From a virus: a DNA stretch of 64,000 nt. The notes beneath the pieces are model-generated. The model ran no database searches. It saw only the letters and a program-made list of their open reading frames with translations, and had not been told where the DNA came from. A program made the position numbers and the translations under genes. Of the stretch, positions 1 through 9,556 are shown piece after piece. The first letter of the stretch is position 1. Each line of letters begins with the position of its first letter. The DNA lies in the IMG/VR virus record IMGVR_UViG_3300033475_001387; one strand, 5' to 3'.

Positions 1-804
1 GCCGTCACGCACCTGGCCACCTTCACCGAGCAGCAGCTCGACGAGGCCGAAGCCGAGCGCACCCGGCGCATGAGCCTCGAGGACGGGTTCCAGGTCCTGC
101 GCTGGCTGATCACGGCGCCGCGCAGCGAGCGCGTCACCGAGGTCGACACCGTTCTGCACACCGAGAAGGGTGACCTCGACCCCGACCAGATCAACGACTA
201 CATCGGGCACCTGCTGCGCGGCGCGACCTCGCTGCAGGCACGGCACGCGATGGTCAAGGACCGCCGGCACCCGGACATCGAGCGGGTGCGGCTGGTCGGG
301 ACCAGATTGCGGGGCTTCGCGGACAGCCAGTGGGGTCAGGCGCGGCAGGCTTCGCCGGCGCGCACGGCCGCCGCGTTGCCGCCCGCGGTGCCGAGCACGG
401 CGCCCGCCACGGCCGAGCCGCTGCCGCAGCGGCTGGTGCCGGCCGCGCCGGCGGAGAGCCCGTCCGAGACGACCGGGCAGATGATCGACCGGCACCGGGG
501 CCTCGGCGTCGCGGTCACCGCCGAGCAGGAAGCGGCGATGCGCAAGGACCACCGGACCGGCCCGGACATGGGCCCGGCGGCCGACCCGCGGTTCGCGGCC
601 TCCGCGATCCCGGCCGCGCGCGGCATGGGCGACACCATGCCGATGCGTGCCGACGAGGTCCTGGCCGAGCTCGCGGCCGACGACGCGCAGCAGGACGGCC
701 CCGAGGCCGACGGTGACGCGCCGGCGCCGCGCCCTTTCCCCGGAGCGGACACCGCGCAGCAGCCCAACGGCGTAAGCGGAAGGGGCGACGGCGATGACGA
801 CTGA
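1..804 (+). CDS. Hypothetical protein, 5'-truncated by window
   Basis: Frame open from base 1; Ala/Pro-rich C-terminus; overlaps next gene. Confidence 0.6.
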   Translation, partial: AVTHLATFTEQQLDEAEAERTRRMSLEDGFQVLRWLITAPRSERVTEVDTVLHTEKGDLDPDQINDYIGHLLRGATSLQARHAMVKDRRHPDIERVRLVGTRLRGFADSQWGQARQASPARTAAALPPAVPSTAPATAEPLPQRLVPAAPAESPSETTGQMIDRHRGLGVAVTAEQEAAMRKDHRTGPDMGPAADPRFAASAIPAARGMGDTMPMRADEVLAELAADDAQQDGPEADGDAPAPRPFPGADTAQQPNGVSGRGDGDDD

Positions 805-1162
805 CCCGATGGCCCTGGCCGTGTGGCACGCGCTCGACGTGTGCTGCGCGCTCGCGGCCGCGCACGTCGGCGCCCCCGTCGCGGTCTCCGACATTCGCGC
901 GACCGTGCGTCACCCGCGGCGCCCGATCTACGCGGGCGACGCCCTGGTCGACCTGGTGGTCCTGTCCGACGGCGTGATGGTGGTGTCCGAGGTCCGCGGC
1001 CGCGAGGCCCTCGGCGCGGTGCACGTGCCCTATCCGACGGTCGGCGGAACCTCCGTACCCGACCCGGTCGCAGTGTTCTCCCGCAGTTGGTACGAGGCGC
1101 TGGACAGCGTCCTGTCCACTGCGCTCGCCCGGCTGCCCGAGCAGGGTGCGGCGGTGGCGTGA
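794..1162 (+). CDS. Hypothetical protein
   Basis: 122 aa; TGATG coupling to next gene. Confidence 0.6.
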   Translation: MTTDPMALAVWHALDVCCALAAAHVGAPVAVSDIRATVRHPRRPIYAGDALVDLVVLSDGVMVVSEVRGREALGAVHVPYPTVGGTSVPDPVAVFSRSWYEALDSVLSTALARLPEQGAAVA

Positions 1163-1626
1163 TGGACACGAACGCTGCTGCTTTCGAGGTCGAAGGCCTG
1201 TTCGAGATCGACCCGTCCCAGGTTCGCATGCCCGAGCCGGACCCCTACGCGGGGTTGTCCGCCGACCGGCGGCGCACACTCCGGCAGGCCGAGACGATCG
1301 CGGCTGGCCGGCATCCGCTGACAGGCGAGCCGCTGCACGAGGAGGCCGCCCCGGCGGACGACCGCAAGGCCCCGGGGCGCCGGTGCGGCAACTGCTGGCA
1401 TCGCACGCCGGCGCTCTGGCACCAGCGCACGCACATCAAGTGCGGGTTCACCGGCGAGATGGGCGCGGACGAGGTAGCGGCCACCGCGCCGCCGCGGGTG
1501 ACGCACGGCGCTGCGACCGACCTGCGCGACTGGTGGCCGGCCTGTCCCGAGCACGAATACGGCGATACACAGTTGTCGCCGGACGCCGCCCGATGCGTGC
1601 CTGAGGCGGTGGCCGCAGATGTCTGA
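1162..1626 (+). CDS. Cys/His-rich hypothetical phage protein
   Basis: Starts MDTNAAAF at TGATG overlap; CGNC..H..KC..WWPAC..H pattern. Confidence 0.65.
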   Translation: MDTNAAAFEVEGLFEIDPSQVRMPEPDPYAGLSADRRRTLRQAETIAAGRHPLTGEPLHEEAAPADDRKAPGRRCGNCWHRTPALWHQRTHIKCGFTGEMGADEVAATAPPRVTHGAATDLRDWWPACPEHEYGDTQLSPDAARCVPEAVAADV

Positions 1627-2080
1627 CGCGACCCATCTGATCGCGCGCACCAGCGAGTCGATCGACGCTCCGCGACCCGGAACACCCATCACCCTCGTAT
1701 TCGCCCCCGGCTACTCGCCGTCCGCCACGAAGAACTTCTTCCAGTGCGGCGCGAACATGCGCACCAACCGCTGGGGGAAAGCCGCGATCACCAAGCAGAT
1801 CCGCGCCGACGTCGTGCTCCTCGCCCGCTCGCAGCACCTGCCGCGCATCACCGGGCGCGTGGACGTCCTCGGCGTGCAGCACCCGGCCACAGGCCGGCGC
1901 GCACACGACTCCGAGAACATCGCGCCGCTCGTAAAGGCCGCGATCGACGGACTTCGGGACGCGGGCGTGCTCGTCAACGACTCGCCGAAGTACGTGCGCA
2001 CCGTCTCGCTGACCACGGGCTACCGCGTCCCGGGCGGTCAGCTCGTCTTGCACATCACGATCTTGGAGGGTGGGGAATGA
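1619..2080 (+). CDS. rusA: RusA-like Holliday junction resolvase
   Basis: RRAHDSENIAPLVKAAIDGLRDAGVLVND matches RusA D-x-x-N...K...D...D catalytic pattern. Confidence 0.75.
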   Translation: MSDATHLIARTSESIDAPRPGTPITLVFAPGYSPSATKNFFQCGANMRTNRWGKAAITKQIRADVVLLARSQHLPRITGRVDVLGVQHPATGRRAHDSENIAPLVKAAIDGLRDAGVLVNDSPKYVRTVSLTTGYRVPGGQLVLHITILEGGE

Positions 2081-3930
2081 CCGCGCTACTGACGCACGGA
2101 GCCAGCCGCGACGACGACGAGCTGACCGTGTTCGATGAGTTCACCGGCTTCGGCGGTTCGCTCCAAGGCATCCTCAAGGTTCCCGGGACGCGCGGGTCGT
2201 TCGCTGCGAACCACGACCCGTACGTGATCGACGTCTCCCGGCACAACTACCCGGACATCGACCACTTCGAGGGTGACGTGCAGCGGCACGACATCACCAA
2301 GTTCCGGCCCTGCCACCTGTTCTCCGCCTCGCCGGCATGCCCGAAGTGGACCAGCGCCCGCGGCGTGGTGCGCGACTTCGACCAGTCGAACCAGGAGTTC
2401 ATCCCCGGCCTCGAGGGCGGCCCTGACGAGGCCACGCTGCGCTCCAGGCTGCTGATGGACGAGGTGCACCGCTACCTGGCCGCGATGTGGCTGTCCGGTC
2501 AGCCGGTGCTCGCCGGGATGGTCGAGAACGTCGTCGAGTGCCGGAAGTGGGACCAGTGGAAGCGCTGGCTCGGCGAGTTCCACAAGCTCGGCTACAAGAC
2601 CCGCGTGATCGCGTTCAACTCCATGCACGCCGAACCGGTCCGGGCGCTGCGCGCCCCGCAGTCCAGGGACCGCCTGTACGTGGCCTACTGGCTCGAGGCG
2701 CTCGGGCGTGACCCGGACTGGAACAAGTGGCTCCGGCCCTCGGCGTGGTGCCCGCGCTGCGAGGAGACCGTCCGCGCCGTCCAAGTGTTCAAGGACCCGC
2801 GCACCGACATGGGCCGTTACAAGGCGCAGTACGTGTACCGGTGCCCGCAGGCAACCTGCCGTGGCCAGATCGTGGAGCCCGAGGTGCTCGGCGCGTACGC
2901 GGCGATCGACTGGTCGCTGCCCTCGACGGCGATCGGGGAGCGCAACGAGCCGCTGGCCGCCAAGACGATGGCGCGCATCGGCACGGGCGTGCTGAAGTTC
3001 GCCGTCCCGCACCTGGCCCCGGCCGGCGGCACGTGGCGTACGGCGCCGACCCCGGTGAGCGAGCCGATGCCCACGCGCACCACGCGCGAGTCCGACGGCG
3101 TAGCGCTGCCTCCCCTGCTTGTGCCGGTCGAGGGTCGTCCGGGCAAGGAGGCGCGGCCGGTCTCGGAGCCGGGTCGCACGCAGACCTGCCGCAACGAGAC
3201 CGGCGTGGCCGTGCCGCCGTTCGTGGCCACGCTGCGCGGCGGGGGCAGCATGAAGAGCCCCGCCACCGTCGCCCAGCCACTGACCACGGTCACCGCATCC
3301 GGCAATCACCACGGACTCGCGGGCGCCGACGCCTTCTACGTCAAGAACTACGGCGGCGCCGCGCGGCCCGTGGACATGGTGCGCCCGGTCACGACGCCGC
3401 TGGGCGCGGTCACCACCGCCGACCACCACTCGCTGGCGACAATGGCGCCGACCGAGATGCTCGTGTCCTACTACGGCAACGGCAGCGCCAGCCCGGCCGC
3501 CCAGCCCGTCGGCACCCTGACGACCCGAGACCGGTACGGCAGGGCAAGCACCCCGGCCGCCGACATCGACGCCGCACGCGTGGCACAGCAGGTCGCCGAG
3601 ATCGACCGGATCAGCGCGGCGATCGAGAAGCTGCCGAAGCGGCCCAAGGGCGCACCGGCGTCACCGGAGCGCATCGCACTCGAGGCGAAGGCGGCACAGG
3701 CCGCCGAGCGGATGGTCGACGCCGGCCTCGGGTCGGTGTCGTTCCGGATGCTCGAGCCGAACGAGATCCGGCGCGCGATGGCGTTCGGCGACGACCACTC
3801 GGTGCCCTACGGCACGAAGCGGGCGATCGTGCGCGGCTACGGCAACGCCGTGACCGCACCCGTGGCCGAAGTCGTGTTCTCGGCGCTGACCGAGGCCGTG
3901 CTCGGTATCGAGCTGGAGCGGTCGCTGTGA
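2077..3930 (+). CDS. DNA cytosine-5 methyltransferase
   Basis: Motif I FTGFGG, motif IV SPAC, motif VI ENV, motif VIII PQSRDRLY, C-terminal GNAV; ATGA overlap start. Confidence 0.9.
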   Translation: MTALLTHGASRDDDELTVFDEFTGFGGSLQGILKVPGTRGSFAANHDPYVIDVSRHNYPDIDHFEGDVQRHDITKFRPCHLFSASPACPKWTSARGVVRDFDQSNQEFIPGLEGGPDEATLRSRLLMDEVHRYLAAMWLSGQPVLAGMVENVVECRKWDQWKRWLGEFHKLGYKTRVIAFNSMHAEPVRALRAPQSRDRLYVAYWLEALGRDPDWNKWLRPSAWCPRCEETVRAVQVFKDPRTDMGRYKAQYVYRCPQATCRGQIVEPEVLGAYAAIDWSLPSTAIGERNEPLAAKTMARIGTGVLKFAVPHLAPAGGTWRTAPTPVSEPMPTRTTRESDGVALPPLLVPVEGRPGKEARPVSEPGRTQTCRNETGVAVPPFVATLRGGGSMKSPATVAQPLTTVTASGNHHGLAGADAFYVKNYGGAARPVDMVRPVTTPLGAVTTADHHSLATMAPTEMLVSYYGNGSASPAAQPVGTLTTRDRYGRASTPAADIDAARVAQQVAEIDRISAAIEKLPKRPKGAPASPERIALEAKAAQAAERMVDAGLGSVSFRMLEPNEIRRAMAFGDDHSVPYGTKRAIVRGYGNAVTAPVAEVVFSALTEAVLGIELERSL

Positions 3931-4376
3931 ACACCCGCCAGACCGCTGCTGCCGAGAGGGCCCGCGAGCACGAGCGGGCCGTGCACCTCGTGGACGTTGT
4001 CGCCGTCCGCGAGGCGCTGCTCGGCAACGAGGTCGCACTGACCGAACTCGAACGCGACGCCGTCATCTCGCTCGCCAGCGGCGCTGGCATGGACCGCGAT
4101 GTCGTCCGCCGAGGCCTCGGTGTGTGCCGCTCCACCCTCGACACGTCGATCAAGGCGCAGCGCACCGCCCGGCCGCGGGTCGAGCGGCAGGCGCTCGCCA
4201 CCGCGCTGGTCGAACCCGCGCTCGACCTCATCGCCGCGGTCCGAGACCGGGACGCCGAGGCCGTCGCCGAGCTGCTCGGCCAGTTCGCCGGCATCAACCT
4301 CACCGGCTGGCACGCGTTCGCAATCGTCCTGGCCGACCTGGCCGGTCGCGAGGAAGGGGACGACGATGCCCGCTGA
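3927..4376 (+). CDS. Hypothetical protein, possible HTH
   Basis: GTGA overlap start; MDRDVVRRGLGVCRSTL resembles an HTH. Confidence 0.55.
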   Translation: MNTRQTAAAERAREHERAVHLVDVVAVREALLGNEVALTELERDAVISLASGAGMDRDVVRRGLGVCRSTLDTSIKAQRTARPRVERQALATALVEPALDLIAAVRDRDAEAVAELLGQFAGINLTGWHAFAIVLADLAGREEGDDDAR

Positions 4377-4692
4377 CCTCGAGCAGACCGAGCGGCTGCC
4401 GCAGTTCGCCGCGGTGGAGACGCAGCTCGCGAACCTGACGCGCGGCACCCAGGCGCTCACCCGGCAGCGGGACGAAGCGAACGACCGGGCCAGCGCGGCC
4501 CTCGACCGGGTCGCCGAGCTCGAGCGCGAGCTGGTGGAAGAGCCTGCGGCCCGCCGCGGCGCCGAGGCCCGCGCAGTGCGCGCTGAGGAGTCCGCGCGGC
4601 TGCTGCGCCTCGCCCCGACCCGCGAGATCCCGGCCTGCGTCGAGCCTGACCGGTCCCGTCGGCTCGGCCGGCGAGGAAGGAGCGGACGCTGA
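4366..4692 (+). CDS. Coiled-coil hypothetical protein
   Basis: RBS GGAAGG before ATG 4366; heptad-like helix. Confidence 0.55.
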   Translation: MPADLEQTERLPQFAAVETQLANLTRGTQALTRQRDEANDRASAALDRVAELERELVEEPAARRGAEARAVRAEESARLLRLAPTREIPACVEPDRSRRLGRRGRSGR

Positions 4693-5042
4693 TGCCGACC
4701 ACCGTGATCCGCCTCAACGGGCACCGCGACGAGTACGGGCCCGACCTCAGCCTGCGCTCCGACATCCGCTACATCGGCCGCAAGATGACCATGGGCGGCT
4801 GGAACCTGCGCAGCACCGAGTGGGCCAATCAGTTCACGATCAAGGAATACGGAGACGCCGAAACCGCCGTCGACGAGTACGAACGCTGGTTCTATGCCCC
4901 GAAGCAGGCCGACCTGCGGGCGCGGATCGGCGAGCTACGCGGCCACACACTCGGCTGCTGGTGCCTCGAGGGCCGGCCGTGCCACGGCCTCGTGCTCGCC
5001 CGCTTCGCCGACTACGGCATCCCCGCGGCGGTGCTGCCGTGA
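4692..5042 (+). CDS. DUF4326 family protein
   Basis: YIGR...WANQF...ELRGHTLGCWC...PCHGLVL signature. Confidence 0.8.
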   Translation: MPTTVIRLNGHRDEYGPDLSLRSDIRYIGRKMTMGGWNLRSTEWANQFTIKEYGDAETAVDEYERWFYAPKQADLRARIGELRGHTLGCWCLEGRPCHGLVLARFADYGIPAAVLP

Positions 5043-5380
5043 CTGCCGCCAACCCCTTCGCGCAGGAGCCGCTGTTCACCGGCGAGGACGTGCCCGCTCC
5101 CGCGCCGTTCGTGCCCGACTGGGGTGTGCGCGTCCAGGAAACACGGATCTTCGCCACGCGCCTCGGCGTGGACTGGTGGCTGCTCTACAGCTCCCGCTTC
5201 GAAGGCACACCCCGGATGACGTGTCTCGGGCACCTCCCGCAGGGCGCTGACTGGCACGTCGCCTGCGACTCGAAGGAAGACGCGCAGTGGCTTGCTGAGC
5301 ACATGGTCTCGCACGGCGGCATCCCAAAGGCCGCCGTCGAGGTCAAGCAGCTCAAGGACTGCAGGCGGTGGTCGTCATGA
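5039..5380 (+). CDS. Hypothetical protein
   Basis: GTGA overlap start, ATGA overlap end. Confidence 0.55.
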   Translation: MTAANPFAQEPLFTGEDVPAPAPFVPDWGVRVQETRIFATRLGVDWWLLYSSRFEGTPRMTCLGHLPQGADWHVACDSKEDAQWLAEHMVSHGGIPKAAVEVKQLKDCRRWSS

Positions 5381-5589
5381 CCGCCGAGAAGTGCCGGGAC
5401 TGCCACCGGCCGCTGCGCGCCCCCGAATCACAGGAGCGGGAGCGCGGATCGAAGTGCTGGCGCGCGCACCGCGCAACGTTCAACCCCCAGTCGGCGGCGC
5501 TCGGCAACCGCCGGCGAACCTGGGTGCCCGATATGCCCGGCCAGGAGACGCTCGAAGACGAGCAGCCGGGCGGCGGGTCCGATGCCTGA
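5377..5589 (+). CDS. Small zinc-finger protein (DUF6011-like)
   Basis: CRDCHRPL...S...G..C pattern. Confidence 0.55.
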   Translation: MTAEKCRDCHRPLRAPESQERERGSKCWRAHRATFNPQSAALGNRRRTWVPDMPGQETLEDEQPGGGSDA

Positions 5590-5770
5590 CCTGCTGCCCG
5601 CCCCGCCCGACAGGTGCCCACGGTGTGTCGGGCACGTGGTCGCGCCGTTCGACCAGAAGGTCAACGGCGGCGACCTCGTGTCCGGATACGCCTGCCCCGG
5701 CTGCGGGCACCGCTGGATCGCCCGCCGGACGCTGGAGTGGGTCGGCTGCCCGGCGGGCGGTGCGGCGTGA
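5582..5770 (+). CDS. Small zinc-ribbon protein
   Basis: CPRC...CPGCGHRW. Confidence 0.55.
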   Translation: MPDLLPAPPDRCPRCVGHVVAPFDQKVNGGDLVSGYACPGCGHRWIARRTLEWVGCPAGGAA

Positions 5771-5775
5771 CAGGG

Positions 5776-5976
5776 CTACTCGGAGAGGGCGGCCTTCTCG
5801 CGGGCGATCCGGCGCTCCTCGCGCTCGAACTCGGCGATCTCCCGCTTGATGCTCTGCCGGATGGCGTCGGCGCGGCTGATGCCGCGGGCGTCGCAGACGC
5901 GCGCGTAGGCGTCCCAGGTCTCGTCGTCGATGCGGACGACGCGGTTGGGTGTCTTGCCGTCTGCGCGTGCTGCCAT
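5776..5976 (-). CDS. Ribbon-helix-helix (CopG-like) DNA-binding protein
   Basis: TPNRVVRIDDETWDAYARVCDARGISRADAIRQSI: beta strand plus two helices. Confidence 0.75.
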   Translation of the reverse strand: MAARADGKTPNRVVRIDDETWDAYARVCDARGISRADAIRQSIKREIAEFEREERRIAREKAALSE

Positions 5977-5992
5977 GGCACCACCATAGCTA

Positions 5993-6132
5993 GTGCATAT
6001 GCCCTCGGTCCATCGTCCGGCGGGGGTGACGGGGGGCATGTCGGGGGCGGCGGGGCGGATCACTCGGCGATTCTGCATAGGCACAAGGCTACCCCAGGCG
6101 CGAAGAAGGGTGGTAGCGTTGTGCATATGCAC
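5993..6132. promoter_or_regulatory. Candidate operators GTGCATATGCAC in divergent intergenic region
   Basis: Perfect palindrome 6121-6132, near-copy GTGCATATGCC 5993-6003, degenerate TGCATAGGCAC near 6074. Confidence 0.55.
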
Positions 6133-6144
6133 TACACCACCCCC

Positions 6145-6609
6145 ATGATGCGGCCGTTCGACCCCCATTCGTCGTCCGGCACCTGGACCCCCGCCGCGTT
6201 CGGCATCGCCACGGTGCCCGTGTTCGAGGCCGCGCCAGTTGGCAACGGCCGAAGCATTGTGACCGCGTCTTTCCTCTACCGCTTCTACGACGCAGCGCAG
6301 GAGCTCCTGTATGTCGGAGTAACCACCGACCCGCGCAGCCGGTGGAACAGCCACCGGCACTCGGGCTGGTGGCAGCTGGCGCGCTTCGTCTCCCTCGCGC
6401 CCGTGCCGCCGGCCGAGCGCCTCGAGCGAGAGCGGGTAGCAATCGACGTCGAAGAGCCGAAGTTCAACTGGCTGCGTCCTAAGCGGCCGATCAGCATCCG
6501 TGTACGCCTGGCCGAGGGCCCGGCTGCCGTGGTCGCCGACCTCAAGCGCCGTCTGCCGACCGACGACTTCCATGCGCTGGCGGACGCATTCCGAGGAGCG
6601 GCGCAATGA
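6145..6609 (+). CDS. GIY-YIG nuclease family protein
   Basis: LYRFYD...LLYVGVT...R...H...ERVAIDVEEPKFN; start uncertain (6145 or 6259). Confidence 0.8.
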   Translation: MMRPFDPHSSSGTWTPAAFGIATVPVFEAAPVGNGRSIVTASFLYRFYDAAQELLYVGVTTDPRSRWNSHRHSGWWQLARFVSLAPVPPAERLERERVAIDVEEPKFNWLRPKRPISIRVRLAEGPAAVVADLKRRLPTDDFHALADAFRGAAQ

Positions 6610-7697
6610 CCACGCAAACGATCGCGGCTGCCGACGTAGCGGTCCCCAGTCAGGGCGAGATCGAGCGTGAGCACGTTGACACAATCACGATGCCGGCTGC
6701 GCCGATCTGGGAGCACGCTGGCGCGGCCAGCATCGGCAAGCCGTACTACAGGGACGAGCAGGTCACTCTGCTGCTCGGCAAATCCCTCGATGTGCTGCGC
6801 ACGTTGCCCGAAGCCTCCGTCGACTGCTGTGTGACCTCGCCGCCGTACTTCGGGCTTCGCGACTACGGCATCGAGGGCCAGTACGGGCTCGAGGACACCC
6901 CTGCGGAATACGTCGAGATCATGCGCGCCGTGTTTGCCGAGGTGCGAAGGATCCTGACCGTGGACGGCACGCTCTGGCTCAACATCGCAGACACCTACAA
7001 CAATCGCACCCGTGGCGCCTGGCGAGGCTCCTCCGACGGAGTAACCGGGCGTGCCGAGTCGCCTCGTTGGCAGCGCGTCACCGACGTCCCTGAGAAGTCG
7101 CTGATCGGGATCCCCTGGCGCGTTGCCTTCGCGCTCGTGGACGACGGATGGATCCTGCGCAACGAGGTCGTGTGGCACAAGACGAACCCGATGCCCGAGT
7201 CTGTCCGGGACCGGCTCGCCACCCGGCACGAGAAGGTTTTTCTGTTCACTCGCAGCGCCCGGTACGCCTTTGACCTCGACGCCATCCGCGAGATGCCCAG
7301 CCGTCCGGGCCGCGGCCGCACGTGGCCCGAGCGCCGCTCCGCCGGCGCACCCGGCCGGCACGGTCTCGCCGGCGTGGCCGGCCGCGATGGAGACTTCGTC
7401 GCCAGCGACGCCGGCCGAAATCCGGGCGACGTGTGGGTGTTCCCGACTCAGCCGTATCCCGAGGCGCACTTCGCGGTCTTCCCGGCCGAGTTGCCGATCC
7501 GATGCATCAAGGCCGGATGTAAGCCCGGCGGGGTCGTGCTCGACCCGTTCAGCGGGTCCGGGACGACCGGTGAAGTCGCGCGCAGGCTCGGCCGTAAGTA
7601 CGTCGGCATCGATCTCAACCCCGCGTACCACGACCTCGCGGTGAAGCGGTATGCGCAGGGAGTCCTCGCCCTCGAGCTTGAGGAGCCCGGCACCTGA
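6606..7697 (+). CDS. Site-specific DNA amino-methyltransferase (beta class, probably N4-C)
   Basis: TSPPY motif IV precedes VLDPFSGSGTT motif I. Confidence 0.92.
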   Translation: MTTQTIAAADVAVPSQGEIEREHVDTITMPAAPIWEHAGAASIGKPYYRDEQVTLLLGKSLDVLRTLPEASVDCCVTSPPYFGLRDYGIEGQYGLEDTPAEYVEIMRAVFAEVRRILTVDGTLWLNIADTYNNRTRGAWRGSSDGVTGRAESPRWQRVTDVPEKSLIGIPWRVAFALVDDGWILRNEVVWHKTNPMPESVRDRLATRHEKVFLFTRSARYAFDLDAIREMPSRPGRGRTWPERRSAGAPGRHGLAGVAGRDGDFVASDAGRNPGDVWVFPTQPYPEAHFAVFPAELPIRCIKAGCKPGGVVLDPFSGSGTTGEVARRLGRKYVGIDLNPAYHDLAVKRYAQGVLALELEEPGT

Positions 7698-7779
7698 TGT
7701 GCCCTCGAGATACCCGCCCCGGCGGCAGCGCCGGCTCAAGACCCCTGATCCGCCACACCAGCAGGAAAGAAGCGCCCTC

Positions 7780-8877
7780 ATGGCACGTACGTTCGGCAGG
7801 GTCTTCGGGACTATGTGGACCGACGATGACGAGTTTCTCGCCCTCGGCCCGCAGGCCAAGTACGTCTACACCTTCCTTGTCGGCCAGCCCGATCTCGGCC
7901 ATTCCGGGATCATCACGCTGCGCATCCCCCCGTGGTCCCGCCGCCTCGGCATCAGCCCCGCCCAGGTCGAAGCGGCGCTCGAGGAGTTGCACGCGCAGCG
8001 GTTCGTGGTCATGGACCCGGACGAGATGCTGCTGCTCGTTCGTGCCCTGATTCGTCGCGACTTCGTCTACCGGCAGCCGAACGTGTTCAAGTCGGCTGCG
8101 GACCAGATCTACGCAACGCCGTCTCGGCCGGTGCGCCGGGCACTGCTGGCGGAGCTTGAGCGGCTCGACGCGGCGGACATGAAGGGCGACACCGCGCAGG
8201 TTTGCAGTGAGCTGATCGCTTGGTTGCGGAAGTCTTCCGAGAACCCTTCACCTGACCCTTCCGGCAAGGGTTCCGGTAACCCTTCCGGCGAGCGCAACAG
8301 GCTAGACGCGCATTTTGAGCGCGAGGACACAGACGGCGCTGGCGAGGAGGGTTCAGCGAACCCTTCGGATAACCCTTCCGTGAACCCTCCCTCGCGCGCG
8401 CACGTGCGCGCGCTTTCCCCTACCCCTTCCCCTACCCCAACCCCTCTTGCCGCTGGCGCCCTCTTCGAAGTCGCCGACGCCGCACCCGCCAACGGCAGCG
8501 CGGGCAAGCCGCGCAAGGCCAAGGCGGCCAAGCCGCAGGATCCGGAGGTCGCGGCACGCAACAAGCTCGCGGTGGATCTGGTGAAGGAGTGGTACGAGGC
8601 GCAGTCGCCGAAACCGGCGGGCAAGTACGTCGGTTACCACCAGATCGCGGTGCGGCTGCTCGAGGCTGGCCACGAGCCGGACGTGATCGCGCAGGCGTTC
8701 AAGCGGTGCGGGATCTCGCTGACTCTCGCGTCGGTGCAGTTCCAGTTGCAGCGGATCGCGGAGACGGGCGGCAACAGCGTGGTCGCGCCGCTTCACCGTG
8801 GCCGCAACCCGTACATGGAGACCGAGGATCGCACGTACGGGTCGCTGGCCTCCGCGTTCGAGACGTCGGGGGCGTGA
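7780..8877 (+). CDS. Phage replication initiator / replisome organizer
   Basis: MARTFGRVFGTMWTDDDEFLAL...YTFLVGQPDL N-terminus typical of actinophage initiators; directly upstream of loader and DnaB; internal iterons. Confidence 0.75.
   Translation: MARTFGRVFGTMWTDDDEFLALGPQAKYVYTFLVGQPDLGHSGIITLRIPPWSRRLGISPAQVEAALEELHAQRFVVMDPDEMLLLVRALIRRDFVYRQPNVFKSAADQIYATPSRPVRRALLAELERLDAADMKGDTAQVCSELIAWLRKSSENPSPDPSGKGSGNPSGERNRLDAHFEREDTDGAGEEGSANPSDNPSVNPPSRAHVRALSPTPSPTPTPLAAGALFEVADAAPANGSAGKPRKAKAAKPQDPEVAARNKLAVDLVKEWYEAQSPKPAGKYVGYHQIAVRLLEAGHEPDVIAQAFKRCGISLTLASVQFQLQRIAETGGNSVVAPLHRGRNPYMETEDRTYGSLASAFETSGA
8242..8390. repeat. Iteron-like array (A/G)ACCCT(T/C)C, two groups of four at 12-bp period
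   Basis: Units at 8242, 8254, 8266 (inverted), 8278 and 8347 (inverted), 8359, 8371, 8383. Confidence 0.8.
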
Positions 8878-8881
8878 CGCG

Positions 8882-9556
8882 ATGTCCACTCTCAGGGAGT
8901 TGTTGGCCCGGAATCTGCCGGGCGTCGACTTGGATGCGGTGCCGCCGCCGGCGAGCGGTCCGCGGCGCCTTTCCGGTGAGGAGCAGGCCGAGCTTTGGCG
9001 TGAGCGGGCCGTGCGCCGGCACCAGCTCCGTGTTCCGGCCCCGTTCGCGGCCGCACGCCTGGACTGCGACACGCCGCGTGAGGTCCGGGCCTGGGTTCAG
9101 GCGCACATCGCCGGTACCGCGGGTGCACGGCATTCGCTGATGCTCTTCGGCCGCGTCGGGCGCGGCAAGACGTGGCTGGCTTACGCGGCACTCGCCGAGA
9201 TCGCCTACGCCGGTGTCCGTAACGCGGCGTGGGCCGGCGGCACGGTGGCCGAGGTGTTTACCAGGATGCGTCCCGGTTCCGGCGAGGACCGCGCGACCGT
9301 GTTCCGTGACCTGGCCGACGCCCCGATCCTGCTGCTCGACGACCTCGGCGCCGCCCGGTCGTCGGACTGGACGGAGGAGACGTTCCTCGACCTGATCGAC
9401 ACGCGCAGCCGCCGCAACGGGCCGGTGATCGTCACCACGAACGCGACCCCGCAGGAGTTGCGGGCCGCCATCGGCGACCGTGCCCTGTCTCGGCTGGCTG
9501 GGATGTGCGTCCAGTACGAGTTCCCCGCCGACGCGCCGGACCGGAGGCTGGCATGA
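8882..9556 (+). CDS. DnaC/IstB-like ATPase (helicase loader)
   Basis: Walker A GRVGRGKT, Walker B LLLDDLG, IVTTN. Confidence 0.88.
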   Translation: MSTLRELLARNLPGVDLDAVPPPASGPRRLSGEEQAELWRERAVRRHQLRVPAPFAAARLDCDTPREVRAWVQAHIAGTAGARHSLMLFGRVGRGKTWLAYAALAEIAYAGVRNAAWAGGTVAEVFTRMRPGSGEDRATVFRDLADAPILLLDDLGAARSSDWTEETFLDLIDTRSRRNGPVIVTTNATPQELRAAIGDRALSRLAGMCVQYEFPADAPDRRLA

